The notes under the pieces are model-generated. The model searched no databases, was not told the DNA's origin, and was given only the letters and a program-made list of their open reading frames with translations. A DNA stretch of 64,000 nucleotides. It comes from Myxococcota bacterium. Its GTDB lineage: Bacteria; Myxococcota_A; UBA9160; UBA6930. Positions 1-10,167 of the stretch are shown one piece after another. The stretch spans positions 800,001-864,000 of the forward strand of contig OZ245002.1 in assembly GCA_965223415.1 (NCBI GenBank), written 5' to 3'. Every line of letters starts with the position of its first letter. Within the stretch, counting starts at the first letter, position 1. A program made the position numbers and the translations under genes.

Positions 1-1119
1 CGGCCGCAGCTCCGGATCCAGCGCGGCCCCGACCCGGAACAGCGCCTTCGCCGGCGCTCCGTCCAGCACCTCGGCGAGGGGCCGATCGCGGAGCCTCGCG
101 ACCTCGGCGAGCCCGCGCTCGATTCCTCGCAGCGCCTTGCGAAGGGAGGCGCTCACCGAGTCCGGATCCGCCAGCGGCAGCTTGTCGGCCACGGCCAGGG
201 CGTTCGCGACGGCCAGCACCGCCTCGAAGATCTCCGCAGCCCGCTCCGGGGGAAGCTCGGCGAGGGTGCGCCCCACGAGCGTGCCGTCGAGCACCGCGGG
301 TGGCTGGGCGCGCACCACGAGATCGGTCCGGGCGCCGTCGTCCGGCTGCAGCGCGGCGGGAGGAAGCTCCAGCGCATCCGGTCGGAGTGGCCGGTAGGTG
401 CGCATCGCGCGGTCGCGGTCGGGGAAGCCCAGGTCGTTCAGACGGCTTCGCTGCCACTGGGCGGCGAACAGCTCGCACTCGACGCGGCTTTCGAGGACCG
501 CACCGTGGACCAGGTTCCAATAGTGGCGCGGCGCGTACAGGAGGGCGATGCCGAGGAGGGTCCGCAGGCGTTCCTCGTGCTCGGCTGAGCGGGGCTCGTA
601 GTAGGCGAAGCCGTCTTCGCTCGTGAGGCCTTCGGTCTCGCCGCCGGGGGGCGCGAAGTCGGCCATTTCCTTCATGGCCACGATCCAGAGCTCCGGGTCG
701 AGCTCTTCGAAGGCGGCGACCAGGGTCTCCGGGCCGGCCGCGATCAGGGCGTCGATCCACTCGAACAGCCGACTCGGCGAGAGCGTACGGTCCTTCCAGC
801 AGTCGAGGTCGACGGCGGCGACGCGCTGCTCGGCCGTGGCGTGCCGGGCGAGCCAGCCCGCGTCCTCGATGCCGGTGGCCACCACGGTGGTGGCGAAGAC
901 GGCCTCGGGCAGGTGCGGGACGATCTCGGGAGCCCGCTCGGCGAGCTCGAGGAACTCGGCGCGCTGCCGGGGCGGAAGCCCGACGAGGGCGCCGGCGAGC
1001 TGCTCGGGCTCGTAGGCGTTCAAGCGATCCCGCGCGTCCTTCGCGCGGGATCGGGCGAGGGACAGCAGGTCGTCGCCGGCCGGTAGCGGAGCGGGAACGG
1101 GTCGCGGGGCTCGGTTCAC
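1..1119 (-). CDS. DUF6178-like protein (3' end runs off the window)
   Basis: Hand translation from GTG at 1119 (GGAGG upstream): MNRAPRP...AVDLDCWKDR...RLNDLGFPDRDRAMRTY; open to position 1; family assigned from remembered motifs. Confidence 0.65.
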   Translation of the reverse strand, partial: MNRAPRPVPAPLPAGDDLLSLARSRAKDARDRLNAYEPEQLAGALVGLPPRQRAEFLELAERAPEIVPHLPEAVFATTVVATGIEDAGWLARHATAEQRVAAVDLDCWKDRTLSPSRLFEWIDALIAAGPETLVAAFEELDPELWIVAMKEMADFAPPGGETEGLTSEDGFAYYEPRSAEHEERLRTLLGIALLYAPRHYWNLVHGAVLESRVECELFAAQWQRSRLNDLGFPDRDRAMRTYRPLRPDALELPPAALQPDDGARTDLVVRAQPPAVLDGTLVGRTLAELPPERAAEIFEAVLAVANALAVADKLPLADPDSVSASLRKALRGIERGLAEVARLRDRPLAEVLDGAPAKALFRVGAALDPELRP

Positions 1120-1229
1120 CGGTACACCTCCCGGGGGCCCGAAACGGCCTGGGCCCCCTACCCTTGGGTCTCGTACGGCGAGCGCAGGGCGGGCGGCGCC
1201 GCGGGGGCGCGCTCCTGCCCAGGGTGCGC

Positions 1230-1245
1230 AGCATGGCGTGCGCCA
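1230..1245 (-). promoter_or_regulatory. possible sigma54 (-24/-12) promoter
   Basis: TGGCGCACGCCATGCT on minus strand (GG-N10-GC), about 110 nt upstream of the 1119 start. Confidence 0.35.
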
Positions 1246-1311
1246 CAGGGTCTGCACAGACTGAAATCTGCGGCCTTCGCGCGCTATCCTAGGGGGGCGG
1301 ACGCGCGGCCT

Positions 1312-1732
1312 TCAGGAGCCCTCGAGGCCCCGGTGGATGGCCCGCTCGACCGGCGACTCGCTTCCGTCTTCCCGGTCGAGGCGTAGCGGCTCCGCAGGCG
1401 GGATGCCGGGCTGGGCCAGGAACCGCGGCGCGACGCCGCGATGGGGCCGGCTCGCGGCGTGCACGAGGAACGGGTGACACAGGTAGACGTCGCCGGCCCT
1501 CCCGGTCGCGCGGGCGAGCGGGATGGCCCGGAGAAAGAGCTCCGCCGTCGAGCCGAAGATGCGAACCACGGGCTCCGTCCACGTCGAGGGCTGGTCCGGC
1601 GAGAGGCCGGTGGCGCGCCACAGCCACGCCCGGCACGCCGAGACGACGGGCTCCGGGATCGCGCCTTCGAGCCGCAGGGAAGCCGTCGGCGACGAACCGC
1701 TCCACGTCCGTCTCGCCGAACGGAGCGATCAA
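1312..1732 (-). pseudogene. phytanoyl-CoA dioxygenase (PhyH)-like pseudogene: frameshift plus internal deletion
   Basis: VERFVADGF, then an extra C at 1677-1679, then LRLEGAIPE...WTEPVVRI... joined directly to ATGRAGDVYLCHPFLVHAA; the central HxD-containing region appears absent. Confidence 0.7.
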
Positions 1733-2532
1733 TCGGGGGGCCGCCGCGCCGTCACGAGACCCGTCTCGATCGTGACGTGGAAGAAGCCGCGCTCGGCGAT
1801 CTCGGCCTCGACCCGCCGGGCGACGGCTGCCCGCTGCCCGTCCGTCAGCGGATCGGTCGAGTCGAGGTAGTCGACCACCGCGCTCGCATCGGTGACGCGC
1901 AGGGCGTTCGGGTAGCGGAGGAGCTCGACGTCGGCGAAGTGGCGCTGCACGGCGCGGCTCCCGGTGGTGAGCCCGAAGCGCTCCGCCAGTTGCGCTCCGG
2001 TCCGCGGAAGGCCCATCTCCTCCTTGAGGGAGAGCAGCTCCGCGATGTGCCGGGCCCCGTTGGTGGCAGCGAAGAGCCGTCCTCCGGGCACGAGGAGCCG
2101 GCGGAGCCCGGCGAGGGCGTCCCCCAGCCGATCCGCGTGGTAGAGCATGTGGTGGGCGAGGATCGCGTCGAAGCAGGCATCACGAAAGGGAAGGCGGCAG
2201 GCCGTCGCCTGGACACGGCGGCGGTCCACGGCGCCGACCTCGCGGAGCATGCCGACCGAGAGGTCGCAGAGGGTTCGGCGACCGGGCTGCTGCGCCTCCC
2301 GTGCCCGCCAGAAGGCCCCGTTCCCGCATCCGACGTCGAGCACCTCCCGGAAGCGCGCCAGCCCGCAGTGCCGGTGGAGCCAGGCGGTCCAGGACTCCGG
2401 GGCAACGGAGTAGGCCGCATGGAGGCGCATCCGCGCGGCCAGTCGGCGGTCGTCCGCGTACTGACCGACCCGCAGCTGTCCCTCGCCGACGTCGATCGAC
2501 CGTGTCGGGAAAGACGGCCGGTGCCTAGCCAT
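1729..2532 (-). CDS. class I SAM-dependent methyltransferase
   Basis: VLDVGCGNG, DLSVGM and LPFRDACFDAI motifs. Confidence 0.85.
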   Translation of the reverse strand: MARHRPSFPTRSIDVGEGQLRVGQYADDRRLAARMRLHAAYSVAPESWTAWLHRHCGLARFREVLDVGCGNGAFWRAREAQQPGRRTLCDLSVGMLREVGAVDRRRVQATACRLPFRDACFDAILAHHMLYHADRLGDALAGLRRLLVPGGRLFAATNGARHIAELLSLKEEMGLPRTGAQLAERFGLTTGSRAVQRHFADVELLRYPNALRVTDASAVVDYLDSTDPLTDGQRAAVARRVEAEIAERGFFHVTIETGLVTARRPPD

Positions 2533-4286
2533 CGAGTGCCGAGGCGAGCGCAGCGACCAGACGCTCGGCGGCGTACGGCTTTCGCAGGAATCCGGTGCGG
2601 GGCTGGCGGACCAGGGCGAGCACCACCCGCTCCTCGTCGTAGCCGCCTGCTGAGCAGCACGGGAAGGAGGGGCCGCTTCTCGCGGAGCTGGCGCAGCGTG
2701 TCGGTGGTGCTCCGTCCCGGCATCGTCAGGTCGAGGATGACGCCGTCCAGCTCCTCGCCGGCGTCGGCGACCGCCAGCGCCGCGTCGCCGTCCGCGGCTT
2801 CGACCACCGAGCAGCCGCGCTCCTCGAGCACCCGGCGAACGAGATGACGGATCGGCGCCTCGTCGTCGACGACCAGGATGCGCCGCCCGGTCACGGCCGC
2901 GTGGCGTACGGCCTGCGGCTGCGCCGGGCGTCCACTCGATTCGGGAAGGAGGAGCTGGAAGCTCGACCCGCGCCCTTGCTCCGACTCGACGACGAAGCCT
3001 CCGCCATGGCTGCGGGCGATGCCCAGGGCCGCCGCGAGCCCGAGCCCCCGACCCCGGGGCTTCGTCGTGAAGAAGGGATCGAAGACGTGGAGCCGATCCT
3101 CGTCGCGGATCCCGGCGCCGTCGTCGCGAACTTCGAGACAGACGTAGCTGCCCCCGGGACGCGACTCCTGCGGCTCGAGCCCGCGGGCGGCGGCGGCGTC
3201 GAGCTCGACGACGCGGGTGCGGACTCGGATCCGGCCCTGCCCCTCTGGCAGCGCTTCGGCCGCGTTCAACACCAGATTGGTGACGATCTGCTGCAGCTGG
3301 CCGGCGTCTCCACGCACACGCGGCTCGTCGGGCTCCAGATCGAGGGTCAGCGTCGCGGTGGGGGGCACCGCGGCGCGAACGACGCCGACGGTGCCGCGAA
3401 CCAGCTCGTTCACGCCCGTCGGCTCCGCGCGCAGGCTTCCGCCGCCTGCGTAGGAGAGCAGCTGCCCGGTGAGCAGCGACGCCCGCTCCGCCGCACTGAC
3501 GACCGCATCGAGATCACCCCGGGCCGGCGAATCGACCGGCACCTCCTGCCGGGCCAGCTCGGCGTGGCCGAGCACGATCAGCAGCAGGTTGTTGAAGTCG
3601 TGGGCGACGCCGCCGGCCATCCGGCCGAGGCTCTCCAGGTTCTGGGTCTTGAGCAGGCTGTCCTGGAGCCGCTCCCGCTCCGCCACCTCGAGCTCGAGAG
3701 CGGCCACGCTCTCCTCGAGCTCCAGCCTTCGGCCTTCGCTCTCGAGGCGAAGGGCCTCGAGGCGCCGCATGTAGACGCCCCGCCAGAGGTGGATGATGAG
3801 GGCGAGGACGCCGCCGTTCGTCACCACGATCAAGGGCTGGCTCCACTCGGCGCCCGGCGCGCTGCGTGCGGCCGTGACGAGGAGGGTGGCGAGAGCGCCC
3901 GCGACGAGCAGACCGAAGCGCAGCGACGAGGCCAGGAACAAGCTGCCGCCGACGAGGAGCGCCGCCAACGAGTGCAGGAAGCGGGGCTCGGGAAAGAGGA
4001 AGAGGTAGATGGCGTCGTTCGCCAGCACGGCCAGGGCCACCGCGAGGACACAGTCGTCGACGCGGCCTTCATCCGGCGGCCGGCGAATCCAGTGCAGGCC
4101 CACGGCCAGGAGCCCCACCGCCGTCGACGCGGCGGCCCCGCAGATCCACCACGCCGCCGGCGGCTCGACGCTCTGACCGTGGATCCAGACCAGGACTCCG
4201 TACCACGCACCGACGACGCACGATGCGGGACCGAGGGCGGAACGCACCGAGGAGAAGAGTGTGGCGGCTGAGGGAGCGAGGGGCAT
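2525..4286 (-). CDS. membrane-bound hybrid sensor histidine kinase/receiver, with +1 frameshift near the 3' end
   Basis: N-terminal TM helices, AGGVAHDFNN, NLVLNAAEA, FFTTK, GRGLGL, REC (VVDDE...LDLTMP). Extra G at 2646-2647; the corrected frame reads LLSSGYDEE...FLRKPY...LDG-stop at 2525. Confidence 0.8.
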
Positions 4287-4386
4287 GGGGAGACTCGCTG
4301 GAACGAGCCCAAGGGTACCAGGGGTCAGGCGCCCGAGCCCTTGGCGAGCCCGGTCTTGCGGATCCCGGCATGGCGCAGTGCCGACC

Positions 4387-5622
4387 TCAGCGCCGATCCG
4401 CGATCGGACCGAGCAGGTCCCTCCCGGCGACGGCCCTCACCGCGGCGCGGAAGCTCTCCGTGGTGATCGGCTCGTCGTCCCGGGAGAGCTTCAGCACGAC
4501 GTCGTCGAGGCTGGCCTCGTCGTCGGTGGCCCGGCGAATCGACTCGTCGAGGCCATGAAGCACCCCGACGGCGCGGGCGGTGACCACCGGGTCGGCCCGG
4601 CCGGTGCGCAGGCCGGGCGCCGCCCGGCCGCGCTCGGCCATGCGGGCGAGAGCGCCCCGGAACCGGCGGCGGCTGATCGAACGGGAGCGCGCCAGCACCT
4701 CGAGGGAGTAGAGCTCCGCCAGTCCCTCGACGACCCAGTCGCCGTCCTCGCCGGAGCGGGCTCCCATCTGGGCGTGGACGAGCTCGTGGAGGAGCGGGCT
4801 CGTGGCGTCGCCGGTGATCAGCGGGCGATCGGCGTGGACGAAGACCGAGCGCGGGCCCGAGAGGCCGCCGCGCCACATCGGATCGCCGGCGCTCACCACG
4901 AGCAGACGCTCCGGAAGCGGGCCGGTGGCGTCGCGCAGTGCGGGCAGCGTCCAGCGCAGGAAGGCGAGCATGTCGTGGCGGCGCACGCCCTGGCCCACCG
5001 GCCCCGCCACGGCGACGTGGCTGCCGGCGATGCGCTCGCGCAGGATGCCGAGGCGACCGGTCAGCATCCAGCCGGTCGGCCGGTCGAAACGACGCGCCGG
5101 GTTCGCCACTTCGTAGGTGCCCGCGGCGATGCGCCGATAGGGGACCGCCGCGGACCAGCGCTTCGGCGTGCGAAGCTTGAGCACCGAGCGGGACTCGGCG
5201 CCCTTCAGGGTGCGCACGCGGGCGGGCGGAAAGAGATCGTCGCCGCGGAAGAGCGCCCAGTGCTCCGCGCAGCGCGCGTCGTAGCTCGCCGGGTTGCGCA
5301 GGTGGTCGATGCGGAAGTCGTAGCGGAGGGCACCTCCCCGCCGCGGCGGGGTCCAGCGGACGAATCCGTCTCCCTCCTCGATGGTGCCGTCGCCGCGGAA
5401 ATCCGCATGGCGATCCGGGTCGGTGCGCAGCTGGATCCACCGCACCACCCGGGCGCCGCGTCCGAGGCGGAGGGTGGCGCGGGCGACCCGATCGGTGGGC
5501 ACGAGGGAGGCCTCGAACACGACGTCGTAGGTGGGCGGCGGCTCCGGGGGCTCCTCGGCGCGGAGCCGCGCGCCGGGCGACGAGAAGAGCAGGACCAGGG
5601 CCAGCGTTGCCAAGCGATTCAC
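4387..5622 (-). CDS. secreted gluzincin-type zinc metallopeptidase-like protein
   Basis: Signal peptide; HELVH followed by WVVEGLAE (HExxH...E). Confidence 0.7.
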   Translation of the reverse strand: MNRLATLALVLLFSSPGARLRAEEPPEPPPTYDVVFEASLVPTDRVARATLRLGRGARVVRWIQLRTDPDRHADFRGDGTIEEGDGFVRWTPPRRGGALRYDFRIDHLRNPASYDARCAEHWALFRGDDLFPPARVRTLKGAESRSVLKLRTPKRWSAAVPYRRIAAGTYEVANPARRFDRPTGWMLTGRLGILRERIAGSHVAVAGPVGQGVRRHDMLAFLRWTLPALRDATGPLPERLLVVSAGDPMWRGGLSGPRSVFVHADRPLITGDATSPLLHELVHAQMGARSGEDGDWVVEGLAELYSLEVLARSRSISRRRFRGALARMAERGRAAPGLRTGRADPVVTARAVGVLHGLDESIRRATDDEASLDDVVLKLSRDDEPITTESFRAAVRAVAGRDLLGPIADRR

Positions 5623-6593
5623 GAGCGCGTCTCTCCTTCGTCACTCCGGCGGGCGAACTCCTGTCCCATCGCCACCCGCTCCGCCACTGGGAGCGCCTGC
5701 TGCCAATCGCTGTCCGGCGTACCGAGGGCACGATCGACCGCGTCGAGGCGCGGCCGCAGGCCGGCGCGGTTCGCGAGCTGGATCGCCAGGCCGGGACGCG
5801 CGTTCAGCTCGAGGATCACGGGCCCCCGCACCGCGTCTACCACCATGTCGGCGCCCACGTAGCCGAGGCCGGTGCGATCCGTCGCCTGCACGGCGATCTC
5901 CAGCACCCGGTCGAACTCCGGGATCGGCACGTTCACGAGGGGCTCGTCGCTGTCGGGATGGCGCACGATCGGCCGGTTCTTGTGGACGGCGAAGAGGGTG
6001 CGCCCGCTCGCCAGATCGATTCCGGCGCCGATCGCGCCCTGGTGCAGATTCGCGCGGCCGCCGCTGCGGCGGGTCGGCAGCCGTGTCATCGCCATGACCG
6101 GGATCCCCCGGTAGACGATGACGCGCACGTCCGGCACGCCGTCCGCGGCCAGCGGGGCCAGGAGCAGATGGGTCTGGAGGCACTCCTCCACGAGCGCCAC
6201 GTCCTGGTGACCGGCCAGGGAGTAGAGACCGGAGATGATGCCGGTGGCGTGGTAGACGAGGTCTTCCGCCGGGAACTCCCGGCCGCCGCGCAGGAAGCCG
6301 CCGCCGTCGCCGGTCCGGATCACGAGGATGCCGTTGCCCATCGCGCCCCGCGCCGGCTTCAGCACGAAGGACTCCACGTTGCGGAGCGCCTCGGGCAGGC
6401 GGCGGGCCTCCCGGTGCAAGCCCGCCTCGGCCAGCAGCCGGGGAACCGGGATCCCGGCCTCGAGGCACAGTCGCTTGGTCGCGAGCTTGTCGTCGACGAG
6501 CGGGAAGCGCGAGCGGTCGTTCGCGGCCAGGGTGTAGCGCGCGTTGCGGCGGTTGATGCCGAGCACGCCGCGGCGACGGAGGGCGCTCCACAT
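5619..6593 (-). CDS. alpha-L-glutamate ligase-like ATP-grasp protein (RimK-related)
   Basis: ATG at 6593; LGINRRN, VDDKLATK, FVLKP, ANLHQGAIGAGID, ILELNARPGLAIQLAN. Confidence 0.9.
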   Translation of the reverse strand: MWSALRRRGVLGINRRNARYTLAANDRSRFPLVDDKLATKRLCLEAGIPVPRLLAEAGLHREARRLPEALRNVESFVLKPARGAMGNGILVIRTGDGGGFLRGGREFPAEDLVYHATGIISGLYSLAGHQDVALVEECLQTHLLLAPLAADGVPDVRVIVYRGIPVMAMTRLPTRRSGGRANLHQGAIGAGIDLASGRTLFAVHKNRPIVRHPDSDEPLVNVPIPEFDRVLEIAVQATDRTGLGYVGADMVVDAVRGPVILELNARPGLAIQLANRAGLRPRLDAVDRALGTPDSDWQQALPVAERVAMGQEFARRSDEGETRS

Positions 6594-8161
6594 CAGCTCC
6601 GCCCCTCTCCGACCAGGGCGCGGAAGCGCACCAGGTCCGCCACCCGGTAGCCGGTGTAGCCGCCGATCCAGATGAGGAGCCCCATGATCGCGAACACCAG
6701 CTCCGGGAACGAGAACATCAGATAGCCGGCGCCCTCGCTGCGGAGCAGGGGGTGCACCACCGCCGCGACGCCGACGGACCAGAGCCCGCGCACGAGGGCC
6801 TCCTGCAGGCCCTCCTCTGCAGCCGTGATGTAGATGCGTTCGACCAGCATGGTGAGGATCACGATGGGAAACACGACGCCGGCAAAGAAGTCCGGCAGCT
6901 TCGCGTCCTGCGCGGCCAGCGCCAGACCGGTCACGAAGAGGACGACCACGCAGAGGAGGATCGAGAGCCGCGGCACCATCAGGAGCCGCAGCCGCTCGAG
7001 GCCGGTGCGCGCCGCCACCGCGAGACCGGTCACCACGCCGACCAGCAGGAGGCCGAGGCTCAGGGAGTACTCGCGCAGGGCCAGGGCGATCAGCACGGGC
7101 ATGAACGTGCCGTAGGTGGGAATGCCGACCACGTTGCGGAAGAGCGCGACCAGGAGCGCGCCGAGGGGCAGGAGCAGCAGCACGCGCAGGGCGGCCTGGC
7201 TCGCCAACGGCAGGCGGTAGAGCGAGAGACGCGCCAGGATCGGGTTGTCCGGCGCGAGCAGGCTGGCGATCTCGTCCGGGCGCAGGGGCTCGCGGAGGGA
7301 CATGTAGCGGTGGCCCACGGCGCGGACGCCGGTGGCTTCCACCAGAGGCTGCTCGCCGCGACCCATCACCACGAAGTCCGCCGGGCGGTGGCCGAAGAAA
7401 TCGTGCACCGCGGAGAGCGGCACCCACACGCCGCGGAGCCACGCCTCCGCCCACAGGCGCGGCTCGGGCACCGCTCCCTCGCGCAGCTCCAGCCCGCGCA
7501 CCACCCGAGCGGGCACGCCGGCACCGCGCAGCAGCGTGATCAGCAGGCGCTCCTTGCCCTCGGCGCTTCCTTCCCGGCGCGCCAGGGTAAGGAGCGCGTC
7601 GCTTCCGGCCCCGCCCACCTCGTCGATCTCGTGAGCCACGAAGGCGAAGAGCGTGCGAACCCGCGCCGGCAGGTCTTCCGGCGCCGGCAGGTCGAGGTCC
7701 TCCAGCACGGCGACCACGTCGGGCGAGGAGGAAGGCAGGTCCGGCGTCGGCCGCGTGTAGCGCTTGCGTAGGCCGAGCTGGCCGGTCGCGGCGACGGCCG
7801 GGATCTCGACCTCGTGGGCCCCGCTCTGGATGCGGAACTGGTAGACGACCTCGTGGATGTCCTCGAGCCAGCCGGTCCACACGCCGAGCCGATTGCCGCC
7901 CTGCTCGCGAATGCTGAAGCCGAGGCGATCCGAGGACGAGCGCTCGTCGAAGACCAGCTGCTCGGGAGAGCCGGCGGGAAGGAGAGCGCGCACGCTGCCC
8001 TTCTTTCCTTCGCCCCGCACGTGGATGCGGAGCTCCACCTGCCAGGGGCCCGGCGTCTCCGCCGGCGCCAGCGGGATGTCGTACACCCACGCCTTCGTGG
8101 CGAAAACGCCGATCCCCAGGGCGAGGAAGAGGAGGCCCGTGATCGTGACCGACCGACTCAC
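6593..8161 (-). CDS. inactive transglutaminase fused to 7TM domain
   Basis: GTG at 8161; transglutaminase-like LRGAGVPARVVRG without catalytic Cys; C-terminal RNVVGIPTYGTFMPVLIALA, FPIVILTMLVER, GGYTGYR. Confidence 0.85.
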   Translation of the reverse strand: MSRSVTITGLLFLALGIGVFATKAWVYDIPLAPAETPGPWQVELRIHVRGEGKKGSVRALLPAGSPEQLVFDERSSSDRLGFSIREQGGNRLGVWTGWLEDIHEVVYQFRIQSGAHEVEIPAVAATGQLGLRKRYTRPTPDLPSSSPDVVAVLEDLDLPAPEDLPARVRTLFAFVAHEIDEVGGAGSDALLTLARREGSAEGKERLLITLLRGAGVPARVVRGLELREGAVPEPRLWAEAWLRGVWVPLSAVHDFFGHRPADFVVMGRGEQPLVEATGVRAVGHRYMSLREPLRPDEIASLLAPDNPILARLSLYRLPLASQAALRVLLLLPLGALLVALFRNVVGIPTYGTFMPVLIALALREYSLSLGLLLVGVVTGLAVAARTGLERLRLLMVPRLSILLCVVVLFVTGLALAAQDAKLPDFFAGVVFPIVILTMLVERIYITAAEEGLQEALVRGLWSVGVAAVVHPLLRSEGAGYLMFSFPELVFAIMGLLIWIGGYTGYRVADLVRFRALVGEGRS

Positions 8162-8163
8162 GG

Positions 8164-9297
8164 CTACTCCGGGTGCTCGGCGGCGTCGAGCTGGTCCGGA
8201 GGCTGCGGCCCGGGCTGCGGGACGCCCGGCTCCTGCACCGGCGCGTCGCCGGGCAGGCCGATGTGGAACGCCGCGAAGCCCGGGATCACCACCTGGGAGA
8301 GGGCCATGCCGATCACGCGTCCGGCTACCGGGGCGATCACCTGGGAGCGTTCGTTGGAGACCGGGTCCGTCACGGTGCCAAGCACGTCGCCGGCGTCGAC
8401 GGCCTCGCCGAGCCGGCGATCGGTGAGGAAGATGCCGCCGTCGTTCACCCGTACCCAGCGCGAGCGAAAGAACACCTCGGGACCGTTGCCCCGCGAAGGC
8501 TGGCCGGTCATCCCCAAGGTCGCCAGGAGCTGCCGGGTCCCCTGGAAGCCGCGCTCGATCTCCTCGGCCTGGAAGCGCATCGGCTCGCCGGCCTCGTAGG
8601 TGATCGCCGTGATCCCCGCGTCCATGGCGGCGCGGCGCAGGGTTCCCGGCGCCCCCTCGCTGTGGAGGATCAGCTCCACGCCGAAGCCGCGTGCCATCTC
8701 GAAGACCGCCGGCCTGCGCAGGTCGGCCCGCAGCTGCGGGATGTTGGTGCGGTGGAAGGAGCCGGTGTGAAAGTCCACCAGCCGATCGCAATGCAGGACC
8801 ACCTGCTGGAAGAGCGCACTGGCGATGCGCGAGGCGGAGCTGCCGCCCGGGTGGCCGGGGAAGAAGCGATTCAGGTCGCGACGGTCCGGCAGGTAGCGGG
8901 AGCTGCGCCGGAAGCCGTGAAGGTTCGCGACGGGCACGCCGATCAGCATGCCGGAGAGCTCCGGCGGCGAGATCGCCTCGAAGGCCTTGCGCACGATCTC
9001 GATGCCGTTCAGCTCGTCGCCGTGGACGCCGGCGGTGAGGCACACGGTCGGTCCCGGGGTGAGGCCGCGGATCACGAGCACCGGGATCTCGACGGAGGTG
9101 CCGGCGAAGGACTCGCTGGCCCGCAGGAAGAGGCGACGCTTGTCCCCTGCGGCGACCTGGCGGCCGAGCAGACGGGCCGTGTCCCAGGCGGTCGAGGTGA
9201 CCGCCGCCTCCTGGGCGGTGGACGGCAGCGCGAGCAGACCGGCAGCGAGGGCGAGGACCCGCGCGGCGCTTCGGGTGGGACCGGGCCGGGGTTGCAC
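8164..9297 (-). CDS. succinylglutamate desuccinylase/aspartoacylase (M14) family protein with signal peptide
   Basis: GVHGDELNG, DLNRFFPG, VDFHTG, YEAGE; hydrophobic N-terminus. Confidence 0.88.
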   Translation of the reverse strand: MQPRPGPTRSAARVLALAAGLLALPSTAQEAAVTSTAWDTARLLGRQVAAGDKRRLFLRASESFAGTSVEIPVLVIRGLTPGPTVCLTAGVHGDELNGIEIVRKAFEAISPPELSGMLIGVPVANLHGFRRSSRYLPDRRDLNRFFPGHPGGSSASRIASALFQQVVLHCDRLVDFHTGSFHRTNIPQLRADLRRPAVFEMARGFGVELILHSEGAPGTLRRAAMDAGITAITYEAGEPMRFQAEEIERGFQGTRQLLATLGMTGQPSRGNGPEVFFRSRWVRVNDGGIFLTDRRLGEAVDAGDVLGTVTDPVSNERSQVIAPVAGRVIGMALSQVVIPGFAAFHIGLPGDAPVQEPGVPQPGPQPPDQLDAAEHPE

Positions 9298-9399
9298 CGC
9301 AGGATCCTAGGAGACGGATTTCCGCGTGTCGCCGGCGAGTGGGGCTTTCCACACCCGGCAGCGACCCGTCGCACGAGGTCTGCGATACTCGCATGGCCC

Positions 9400-10167
9400 G
9401 TGAGCGAACTTCCCCTGGCTTTCGACCGCTGGCTCGCCGCCACCGCCGAGCGCCCCCCGGAGCTCTCGACCCGGGAGCTGGGAGGCGCCATCCGCGCCGT
9501 CTCCCGGGTGTACGTGGAGGGGCGGCAAGCCGGCGGCCTGGGCGGGCGTGCAACCGCCAGCCAGGGCCGGCGCGCCGCCTTCGCCCGCTTCTACGCGCCA
9601 CTGCACTTCCTGTGCGTGTGGCACGCGCTCGGCGAGCTGCGCGCGGCACTGCCGGCGGCCGCTCCGACGCGCCTCCTGGACCTCGGCTGCGGCAGCGGCG
9701 CCGCCGGCGCCGCTGCCGCGCTGCGCTTCGCGCCGCCGCCCCGGGTGGAGGCCATCGACGCCCTGGGCTGGGCCCTCGGCGAGGCGCGCCGCACCTACGC
9801 CTGCTTCGGCCTGGGGGCCCGGGTGCGCCGGGGCGAGCTGCCGAAGGCCCTGCCCAGGCTCGACGCGGGGGACCTGGTCGTCTGCGGCTGGCTCCTGAAC
9901 GAGCTCGAGGCCGAACCACGGGAGACGCTACTCGAGCGGCTGGAGCGCGGCGTCCGTCGGGGCGCCGCCGTGCTCGTGCTGGAGCCGCTCGCGGGAAGCG
10001 CGTCGCCCTGGTGGGACGCCGCGGCCCACCGGCTCCGCGGAGCCGGCCTCGAGAGCGGCCTGTTCAAGACCGAGCTGGAGCTGCCGGAGCCGCTGCGCAC
10101 CCTCGACCGCTCGGCAGGGCTCGACCACCGCGTGCTCGGTGCGCGCTGGCTGGCCGGGCCGGCGTGA
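9400..10167 (+). CDS. SAM-dependent methyltransferase (Rsm22-like)
   Basis: GTG at 9400; AAFARFYAP, LLDLGCGSG, WLLNEL, VLVLEP. Confidence 0.7.
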   Translation: MSELPLAFDRWLAATAERPPELSTRELGGAIRAVSRVYVEGRQAGGLGGRATASQGRRAAFARFYAPLHFLCVWHALGELRAALPAAAPTRLLDLGCGSGAAGAAAALRFAPPPRVEAIDALGWALGEARRTYACFGLGARVRRGELPKALPRLDAGDLVVCGWLLNELEAEPRETLLERLERGVRRGAAVLVLEPLAGSASPWWDAAAHRLRGAGLESGLFKTELELPEPLRTLDRSAGLDHRVLGARWLAGPA

